Assembly (NCBI GenBank): GCA_012862495.1 | Contig: BLSG01000421.1 | Location: forward strand, 169,065 to 233,064 | Reading direction: 5' to 3' | DNA: 64,000 nucleotides | From: Thraustochytrium aureum | Taxonomy: Eukaryota | Shown: one piece after another, positions 10,753 to 20,123 of the stretch | How the letters are laid out: the number at the start of each line of letters is the position of its first letter | Numbering within the stretch: position 1 is the first letter of the stretch | Position numbers and translations under genes: made by a program | Notes under the pieces: model-generated | Databases searched by the model: none | What the model was told of the DNA's origin: nothing | What the model saw: the letters and a program-made list of their open reading frames with translations, nothing else

Positions 10753-12970
10753 TTACAGGTCGCCGACTTGCAGCGGTGGGTCGACTCGCCCGTCCTCCAG
10801 CTCGCTTGAGAGCCCCTCCCGCCCAGCTTCAAGGGAAGCGAGTGGAACGCACGTCGGCCGCCCGTGCGCGCACTGAAATGGAAAGTTGCACTTGGCAAGN
10901 NNNNNNNNNNNNNNNNNNNNNNNNNNNNNNNNNNNNNNNNNNNNNNNNNNNNNNNNNNNNNNNNNNNNNNNNNNNNNNNNNNNNNNNNNNNNNNNNNNNN
11001 NNNNNNNNNNNNNNNNNNNNNNNNNNNNNNNNNNNNNCCGTGAGAGCATCGCAAACTTGATTGCGCCACGGCAAGCCCGAGACACGATCGCGCGCCGAAT
11101 CGTCGGGGGCACAGTGTGGTGCAACAGGCTGGGACTCTCTCGCGCAAACTCGAGCGTCTCAACGAGGTCGGTGGCCCCCAACGGCACTCCAAACACCGCT
11201 GGAACTGCGCTGACTCTTGTGAGCCCTCCGCCTGAATCGTGCCCTAGACGAAACGAGTAGCCCCACGTGGTTAGAGCATCCGCTGCAGACCGAAGCGTCT
11301 CGGCTTGCATATGCGACAGCTCAAGCAAATGCGGCACCTCGAGTGCGTGGCTGGAGAGGATGGGCGAGCTCGGAAGGCCAACGGCGAGCTGCTCTTCGAA
11401 GCGCTCGAGGCGGACGCGCTCGTCAGCGGCGTGCTGGTCCACACACAAAAGCTGCCGATCCTTCTTGAGGATGACAAATTTGGCGCCGACTTGGGCAACG
11501 ACGCGTGCTTTCGCGAGGCATTCGCGCGACAGCACGACGCCCTGGCGAACCGACGGCGCCTTTGCTGGATTCGAGTGCCCGATTCGGCCAGCACGTAGGC
11601 TGTGCTCGAGCCATGCGTCGCGCGGCCCGTCACCTTGGCAGACTTCGCGCGTATCCTGCCCATTCTCCAGGCGTCGGCGTCCTTGCGAATCGCTCTGGCC
11701 GTCGTTTCTGCGTGCTCCCGCCTCCTCCCTACCGCCGCCAGCAAAGTCGGCCCCGAGCCCGTTCTCGCTCGATGCGAGGAAGAAGCGGCTGAAGGAGCCG
11801 TCAAGGTTCGGCGCCCCACAGTCCCGGCGCGGCGGGCTGCTTCGAGGGGCGAGCGGCGATCGAGGGGCATCCGGGCGGCACGGGCGCAGCATAGAACTCA
11901 CGAGCTTGCGCACAGCACAGAGAATGGGCGACCAGTCGCGGAACTCGAGATGCGACTTGGTCGGGTCGAGCATTACGTCATAGAGGTCTGGGCTGCAGGC
12001 AATTGCGAGGACAAAGCAGGGGAAGAGCGGCTTGGCTCGCGGTTCGCCGAGCTCGTCAAAGTGCTCGCGAAAGAGACGGTTGACCAGCATCTCCACTCGG
12101 CGCAAAACAGGGGCTGGCCGGCCATTCACGAACACAAACTGGAGCGACGAGGACGCCTGCATGGCGTCCAGCAAAGGCGGGGAGAGCAGAGCATCGATAG
12201 ATACGTCACCTAAGCGGACGCGGCGGTCGCAAAGCTGGTCGCCGATTTGTGCGCCGAACAGCAGGGAGAAGGCGGCCCGCGTCGAAGCGGCTCCCACAAA
12301 GTCGAGTAAAAGCTTGTCCGCGTTCCAAGCGTCGAAGAGCTGCAGCCTCACAGTGGGCGCCGAGAGCGCAAGGCGCTCCAGCACGCGCTGAACACGCGCG
12401 AGGACGCGCGGGGCGCGGTTGGCGAGCATTGCCCGCCTCACCGGCATTCCCTGAAACATTTCGTGGATGCGCACGGTGGTCCCGTGGGTTGCGCGATTTC
12501 CTTTCGCGGCGCCGAAATGTAACGTGTGGTCGCGGCTCACAGTCTTGACCAGCGTTTCAGTGGACCCAAGGTAGCTCTGTTTCCTGGTCTCCACGTCCAG
12601 GACGCCGAGGTGGCTCAGGCTATTGAGGGCTTCGCCGCGGAAGCCCAACGAGGCCGTAGGCGCCGACCCGCGCTCCAGCAGCGCTTGTTGCGCCTCTGGA
12701 CCAAGCTTGCTCGTTGCGTTTCTTTGTCCCAGCAGCGCCAGGTCGCTGGCGCCGAGCCCCAGGCCATCGTCGTCCACTTGGAGCCTCCCACGTCGCGGGT
12801 CGGCGCTCACGCGCACCCTCGTGGCGCGGGCGTCGAGCGCGTTCGCCACGAGCTCCTCCACGGCTTGTTCAAACGTTGGGATGCTGTGAGCCGCCCGCGT
12901 CCGCTCTGCTTGCGCGAGCGTGGGGCGGGCGACCTTGGCCGGGAGCTGCTTGTCGGTCGAGGGGACCTGC
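10753..12970 (-). CDS. MLH3: MutL homolog MLH3 (start codon not resolved; internal N-gap)
   Basis: GHKL ATPase motifs EELVANALDA, DDGLG, GFRGEAL, GTTV; endonuclease motif DQHAADERVRLE; ACRGAIKF; FQCAHGRP. Confidence 0.9.
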
Positions 12971-13123
12971 GGCCTCGCCAGCGGCCCGCCGCTTCCGCTT
13001 GCGCACGCTCGCAAGGCTCCAGGCGGCGCCTTTCGTCGGCGCTCCGTCGCCCGAGCCTTGCGCACTGGGACCGCAGCAGCACTGCGCGAGCGAGCACCTG
13101 CGCGACATCCTCGGCCGCGAGAC

Positions 13124-13186
13124 GCGAGATGCGGGTCTGCGAGATGCGGGTCTGCGAGATGCAGGTCTGCGAGATGCGGGTCTGCG
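13124..13186. repeat. 15-bp tandem repeat x4 (GCGAGATGCGGGTCT)
   Basis: Units start at 13124, 13139, 13154 and 13169. Confidence 0.92.
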
Positions 13187-13374
13187 TCACCGACCCGTTC
13201 AACCGGGGGCGCTGCCCGCCAGTGCTTGTGTGGTGAGCATGGGCTGGCGCGGGTTCGCGCACGTGCTGTTCGAACGCTCCGGGTGCAGCAGTCAGAGCCT
13301 GGCGAGGGTTGTGGCAGCGCGTGCGACGACCGGGCGTTGCACGGCAAGAAAGACAAGATGCCGCACCGCGCTGT

Positions 13375-13410
13375 CTGGCTGGCTGGCTGGCTGGCTGGCT
13401 GGCTCTGGCT
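13375..13410. repeat. (GGCT)n microsatellite
   Basis: Direct reading. Confidence 0.9.
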
Positions 13411-13689
13411 TGGGGAGATGATAGGAGTTGGACATGCGGGCCTCGGAGCTCCACGTGGGGAATGGAGCTTGCTCTGGCCTTGTGCAGCGCGCAAGCCGCG
13501 ATATCCCCATCGCTGGCAGCGCCCAGGTGTTGCATCGACTAGCTTATGGAAACAAAGGATGTACGGAGATTGCCTTTACGGTGGACTTGCAGCGGTCCTA
13601 TACAGCGGTCAGGTAGGTAGATTGGCACAGAATGGCTTGGGAGGACTTGCTTCGCTGTGCAGGAGCAAACCCGGCTGCCTGTTGGTCGA

Positions 13690-13923
13690 CTAGCGCTCCA
13701 TCTCTTCCTCCTCAGGGGCGCCCTTAGCCTGCATCTGGAGCATCATCGGGTTGGTTCCTTCCGGCTCCCAGCAGAACATGGTGAACCAGCAGCCAAGGCA
13801 GCATGCGACGAGGGCAGAGCCACCGCAGCCCTCGTGACCGGCAACGGCGCAGACCGGGCAGCAGCACTTGTAGAGCGGGGAGGGGGGTTGGCGCAGCTGC
13901 GCTTGCATTTGCGGGGTCGACAT
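13690..13923 (-). CDS. small Cys-rich protein (77 aa), PLAC8/CYSTM-like
   Basis: MSTPQMQ...YKCCCPVCAVAGHEGCGGSALVACCLGCWFTMFCWEP...EEEEMER; ATG at 13923, TAG ending at 13690. Confidence 0.6.
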   Translation of the reverse strand: MSTPQMQAQLRQPPSPLYKCCCPVCAVAGHEGCGGSALVACCLGCWFTMFCWEPEGTNPMMLQMQAKGAPEEEEMER

Positions 13924-15100
13924 TCTTGCGGATTGAGTGGTTGGTTTTCGCTTGGCTGCGTTTGGACGCCGATGCTTGCTTGGAGATTGGTGTTTGCCCA
14001 GCTGAAACTGGCAGCGGCGCAACGCGCGTTGGGTTAACAGAGCAGCGCGGCATGCAAGCCCACGCACGTTGGGCTGACAGAGCAGTGCGGGATGGCAACA
14101 GGACGTTGGGTGCAACTGGCGATGAAGCCACTAGCTAGAGGCCTGGCAAACATACGAGAAGAACGCGGCCAGCTGGAGTTGAAAACAGAGGAGAAAAGTA
14201 AGAGGACTTCACACCCTCATGCTGCATACTTCCTGCAACTCGCCAATCCCGACTGGTCACGAGGTCGTGAAATGGTGGAATACGGTTCTCTACTTCCCGC
14301 GAACTCGAGCGTGCCAGCCAGCCGTGACTCGCGATATCTGCTCCGTCATTCGACCCAAGTGCGGAGGGCCACCAATTCACGCTGATCATGTTGAGCCGAG
14401 CAGCAAGCCAGCGCAGCTGGTCCGACACGGGCGACCCGTGAAACGCTTGTCGCCAGTGCGTGGTCTTTGAAGAAACTGGAGCTTCAACGAATCGGAACTC
14501 CGGTGAACGAGCCAAGTACTCACTCCCGCTCCGCTCGTGTCGCTCAGCTCCCCCTTGTAAAAAGAGTGGGGACTCACCCGACGTATCGCCCTGCCGCTCT
14601 CGATCGTTCGGGTCACGTCTCTGACTCGCGCACGCGCAACGATCCAGCAAGAACGCGCTCGGCTGCCATCGTGTACCAACGCAACACAGACTCCAGCAAG
14701 TCAGCTTGGTCAGAGGAGGAAAACACACACAAGTCTTCAATGAGGTGTGCACCCGTACCCCACCTTCTGTACATGTACTTTTTTGGACATACTCTTGCAG
14801 TAGGTGGACGGGACATCTCTTGAAAAGTGCATTTCGTGCCTCTCCGCTCGTCCGAGCTTATCTCTGCGGGACGGCCAGTTTTTGAGAAAAGTGGCGGCAC
14901 CTCCTCTGCTCGCTTTGCAACCGGTTGTGAGGAACGCACGCACGCGACGCTGGANNNNNNNNNNNNNNNNNNNNNNNNNNNNNNNNNNNNNNNNNNNNNN
15001 NNNNNNNNNNNNNNNNNNNNNNNNNNNNNNNNNNNNNNNNNNNNNNNNNNNNNNNNNNNNNNNNNNNNNNNNNNNNNNNNNNNNNNNNNNNNNNNNNNNN

Positions 15101-15399
15101 GCCATGTGCACCTGCTTTTGCTTGGCGAGCAGCATGTCGGTCTGCAGCTTTGACTTGGCCCTGACCGCGTCGCAAACCTCAGCGAACGGTTTGCCGCCGA
15201 CCCCCTGAACAGCATCGCCCTCCGCGACGCGATAGCTCACCAACCCGCCCAGCCCCCCTTGCTCCTTGATAAGCGGGCCGAACTGGGGCGCGCCGCGCAG
15301 CGCCGCCTCGACTTGCTCAGCTAGCCTCGCCTCGAGCTCCGCCGCGTCGCTCCCCGCATTCTCGCGCCTTGCTTGGTCGCCAGAGCCCTTGTTCCCCAT
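15101..15399 (-). CDS. putative N-myristoylated coiled-coil protein, BORCS5/myrlysin-like (3' end in gap)
   Basis: MGNKGS myristoylation motif; PQFGPLIK and PFAEVCDAVRAKSKLQTDMLLAKQKQV resemble BORCS5 segments. Confidence 0.5.
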
Positions 15400-15568
15400 G
15401 ATGCCCGCCCCACCTGGCCGGCCGGCCGGCCGTCCCAGCCTCCACGTCGCCCGTCCCGCACCGCCCCGCACCGCCCCGAGCCCCCGAGCGCGCAGATCAG
15501 TTCAGGGTTCACCAGCAGCGAAGAGCGGCGCCAATCGACGCCAGACCGGCCCAGCCCGTGAACGGGCG

Positions 15569-15598
15569 TCAGCCAGCTGCCAGCCAGCTGCCAGCCGC

Positions 15599-15630
<32 letters not shown>

Positions 15631-15835
15631 AGCCAGAGCCAGTGCCAGCCAGTGCCAGTGCCAGCCGGCCGTCGAGGCTGCTGGCGCGCGGAGACGCCGC
15701 TGCCCAGCCAACCAGCCACTTGCGTTGAGCTTGCCAGAGCCAGAGCTCGAGCTCGAGGGCCTGTGCCAGTGCCAGCCCGGGCGCGAGCCGACCAGAGCCG
15801 AGCGCCAGCCTGCCTGCCTGCCCCAGCCAGAGCCG
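15569..15835. repeat. (CCAG)n / GCCAGA-rich low-complexity region in divergent intergenic space
   Basis: Direct reading. Confidence 0.85.
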
Positions 15836-15866
15836 GCGAGCTTCAGCCAGGGCTACGAGCAAGCGA

Positions 15867-18800
15867 ATGGACACCAAGTCCACGCCACAAGTCAAAGGCG
15901 AGCGCGGTCGGGCTCCAGCGTTGGATGGAAATGGCGCAAGACTTGCGGTCGTCGCGGAGAGGCATGGGGCGATAGGCTCGCCCGCAGTCGACAACGATCG
16001 GAGAAAAGTGAGGAAGGCGGTGGAAAGGAAGAGTGGCGCGCCACGCCGCGTGTTCGGTGCTCCAGCAAACCAAGGCGGTCACTCAACCCACCTGTTGAGT
16101 TGTTGAAGACATGCAACGCATGCTTCTCCGCCGGACACGAGAACGCCGAGAGTCTGTTCTGCCCCTTGCGCAAACGCAAGACTCGTAGGAAATCACACCA
16201 CTCTGTTCACAAAGCAGCCGCAGCCGCCAACGACGACGACGATCCGTGCGCTCCTCCGCCCGGCGCCACAGCAGAGTCTCCGCCAACAACACCGCTGCCC
16301 AAGCCGTTGCTCCAAGAGTTGTGGACAAAACTCGATGACCCAGAAGAGTATGTTGTTGTCTCGCGAGCTGAAGCCGCTGCGTTGGCGCGCGTCGAGGAAA
16401 GAGGCAAGGCTCACGTCGAGAGCATCTGCGCCGCAGCCAGCGCCGAGCTCCGGGGCCCTTGGGACAAGGTCGAGGAAGTGGACCTTTTGACGGCCCTCCT
16501 AGGTATTGCACCGCACTACTTGCTCACCTGGCTGAACGACCGCATCCGAAGGGATCACTGCGCAGCGATCCAAGTCGTCGCCGAGTGGGAGTTCCAGGCC
16601 TACCTCGCTCAGCTCTCGTTTTTCCTCGGCGCGGCCAATTCCAAAGAGGACAGCATCAGAAACTTCCAACTGGCCGCACGAGAGTCGCATTCGAGCGCGG
16701 CGGACGCAGTCCTGAGCTTGGCTCGTTTCAATGAGATCCAAAACACGCTCACAGGCTTCGTGCCAGGTGACGTCACGATGCAGCGCCATGTTCGCAACAA
16801 CGACGCAAGGCGGTTTCAGGCGCTCGACAAATCCCTGGCGGACGCTTCGCTCAGGGTTTGTATCAACAAGCACGCCTGCGCCATCATTGGAAGCGAGTGC
16901 GGCACCATGCCAAGGTCCACGCCGGAGAGCGCGTTCTCATTGCGCAGCTCGCGCAAGCGGCAGAAGAGTTCTGCCGGGTTTGACGTGTGCGCCGATGCCC
17001 TGTTTGGCTTCCCGTTGTGCAGCGTCATGAACTCCGAGAACTATACCCGCCTTGCCGCATTTCGAAACCTGCTGTCCAGGCTGCACAACGTTGCAGGGGT
17101 GGACTGCGCTGGGGTGGAGGTTCGGCCTGGCGAAGGACACGCGAGCATCGCGCACTTCCGACTGAGCGCAGATATGGGGTTCGCCGTCTTCGCGGAGCTC
17201 GGATCCGAGCGAAACGAAGGCAACCCTTTCCTGCCTCGAACCGAGCCGAGATCGAGCATCAAAACGGCGCATCGGAGAGCGGCAGACACTGCCTTTGTAA
17301 TTGATAACGCTCCCCACCTCGGCTCACAGGTCTTCAGCGCAGAGATGCAGCTCGCCGCGAAGGGGGGTGCTCAGGTCGCTGCACGAGCCTACGCTGTTCG
17401 AACGTACGGATCACCCGCACGCTCGCAGATCCATCGATTTGTCGCGATCCTTCGGCCCGACCTCCTGGATATCCTTCGAACGCATTTCGTTGCCCTCGAG
17501 TACCCTCGCGTCTCCAACGCCGTCGCTAGCCAGTGTTGTTTTNNNNNNNNNNNNNNNNNNNNNNNNNNNNNNNNNNNNNNNNNNNNNNNNNNNNNNNNNN
17601 NNNNNNNNNNNNNNNNNNNNNNNNNNNNNNNNNNNNNNNNNNNNNNNNNNNNNNNNNNNNNNNNNNNNNNNNNNNNNNNNNNNNNNNNNNNNNNNNNNNN
17701 NNNNNNNNNNNNNNNNNNNNNNNNNNNNNNNNNNNNNNNNCGGAACTGCGGCGGAATCCGAACCCCCGGGCGGCGGCGACGCGAACGATGAAGGCTGGGC
17801 TAGTGATGGGGAATCGGACGGCGCCGGCCCGCCCGTCTGGGACGCGACCGACGACGACCAAGGCGACGGGGAGACCATCGAATCCGCCAGTAGGAGCGGT
17901 CGAGCGAGCCCCACGAGACGCGAAAGCGCTGTCGATCAGAGTTTGGGAATCCTTGTGGATAACGACCACCTGTGGGAAGCAAGCGGGTACCCCGTTCCCC
18001 TCACCCGGGCCTCGGCGGAAGCCGAGCTGCTCAAGGCGATCTCGCCGTTGACGGCAGGGCAGCGATGCGCAGACTGGCTCCTATGTCGTCAGTTTCTCAT
18101 TCTGGAGGATGCGGCTTTGGGCATTGCGGCTTGCGAACCGGCCCTGCAGGCGACGCTGTTTCGAGACCCGGCGTCTGCCAACGCCAAGCGCTTGACTCTT
18201 GAAGAGCAAGCAGAACAGCTCGCGCAAAGCTGGTTTCGCCCGACGCGCGGCTTCGGCGGAAGTGCGGGCAACAAGGCCTTGCTCTCCGGCAACGCTGCGT
18301 GCGGGGCGATTGCGGATCCCCTGCGGCAAATGGAGGCAGTCAAGGCCGTCTTTGAGGTTGGACTGGTTCAGTCAAAGTCCTTCCAGCACCTTGGCGCAAG
18401 CGCGCACCACATAATCGCGCTGGACCTGCCAAAGGGCAGGGCTCTCTTTGCGCCGCTCACAACTCGAGCAATCGTCGCCGAGAAGAGCAAGGCTAGGTCG
18501 GCTCGAATCGGTGAAATCCACAACCGCGTGGTCTTGTGCACTGCTGGCGACTCGACGTGGTTCGAGGTCATTCCCGCGCGGTGCCGCGGCCATCTGCTCC
18601 ATCAAGCATGCGTCTTTAAGCGCAGCATCGGCGTCTTCTGTGCGGGGGACCAGGACTACGTCTACTACCTCGCCATAGTGCTCTTCCCCAAGGCTACGCT
18701 CGATGCGTGGGCTGCTGCGCTTGCACCTGTTGGCGCGGCGCTCGTGGAGTGGGCGTGGGCGGCGCTCAAGGCGGGCAGCAGCCCCGAGATCCCGGCTAGC

Positions 18801-19581
18801 TTTTCTTCTCTGGACGTGCAAAATGATAAAGTCCAGGCTACCGCTGTGGCGCGGGCTGCAGAGGCGATTGCAGGACCGCGGCGTCCTGATGCCAGCTCGA
18901 GTATTCAGATCCATGTTGCAAGTTTACCACCGCGAAACCTCGCAGGTACTCGAGCGCGCCGAAAGCCACAAGCGCCGCCTCGTGGCGCTGGCCGCCGACG
19001 CGCCCTGGCCAGCCAGAGTCACGGTCAGCAAGCTGGCCGACGTCATCGTTGCTAGTTGCGCTATTTGGCGGATTTGCGAGGCGCGCGCGAAGGGGGGGGC
19101 ATGGACGACGCTCAAGCAATTCCGCGAGCGGTGCGGCTCGATGAGCAACCTTTCCGACTTCACCACCAGCCTCAGCGTTCAGTTGCTGAGGCGCGCGTCG
19201 AACTTGCGCAATCACGCGCGCATGCTGCTGCTTGAGCCCCCGCGCAGTCCCACCGGGGGCACTACTGCCGTTGGTGCGCACGCCCAAGCCACCGTGAACC
19301 GACGTGCGCTCTCGGCAGAGGAGCATGCGAAGTTGCGTCTCGGCGACATGCTGCGAGGCATCATCTTCATCGCCAACACAGACCCGATCAGGACTCTGCG
19401 CCTCTCGAGCAACGTGCACTATGCCGTGAGAGCGGCCAGGTCCAGGGGCTGCGTCGTCTGCGGCGAGCATGCCGCCGTGCTCTGCAAGTTTTGCAACGTT
19501 GTGCTGCACAAGCACAACCCCAGCTCGATCGACCAGCGCACCCCGTGCTGGGACAAGTGGCACATGCACGAGACCATCTAG
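15867..19581 (+). CDS. transposase-derived protein: CCHC zinc knuckle + degenerate piggyBac-like core + nested degenerate YqaJ-like nuclease + piggyBac-type C-terminal Cys-rich domain (start uncertain; N-gap 17543-17740; frameshift near 18820)
   Basis: TCNACFSAGHENAESLFC; LSLARFNEI; ADMGF; QRCADWLLCRQF; GLV...LGASAHH; LLHQA; WPARV...SCAIWR; CVVC...CKFCNVVLH...CWDKWH. Confidence 0.7.
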
Positions 19582-20123
19582 TTGAGGATTCGCGCAAGTA
19601 CCCGAAGGGTACGATGAGGCGCGCCTCGGCAAGTGAGTTATTGAATGAACACTGTCTTTTCGTATCGACGTCGTTGTGGATGCACGCGGTGCGGTGCCGC
19701 TCACCGATACTGCACTGGCCCACGATGCTGCACCGGCCCGGGGCCGCGGCAGCAAGACCCGGAGCGCTCCCCAATGCCTGGCGTTCCGCCTGAGCAGGAG
19801 AGCGACGGCGAGCCCACCAACAACCGCATGGCCGGCGGCACTCGTGGCCCAAAAAAAGACGGCCAAAAACCGCATCCAAAACCCCTCAATTCCCGCACCA
19901 CATCCCTTATTAGTTCCCCCCGCGCAACTTTGAGATGACCAAATAACGGAAGCGGGGTGCGAATGCTACAAGACCAGGGGTTGCAGATGCGCGCCAAGGA
20001 AGGCAAGAACTGGCGGGCGGCAGACCCCGAACGCGGTGCGGAGCGAGGAAGGGAGGAAGCGAGGGAGCAGAGCTAGCGAGGAGCAGGCCTCGCGCGCATC
20101 GATCGAGCGGCGAGCTTGGGAGG

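Noticed and set aside
15400..20100. Intact active piggyBac element
   Set aside because: No TTAA-bounded terminal inverted repeats seen and most catalytic residues appear replaced.
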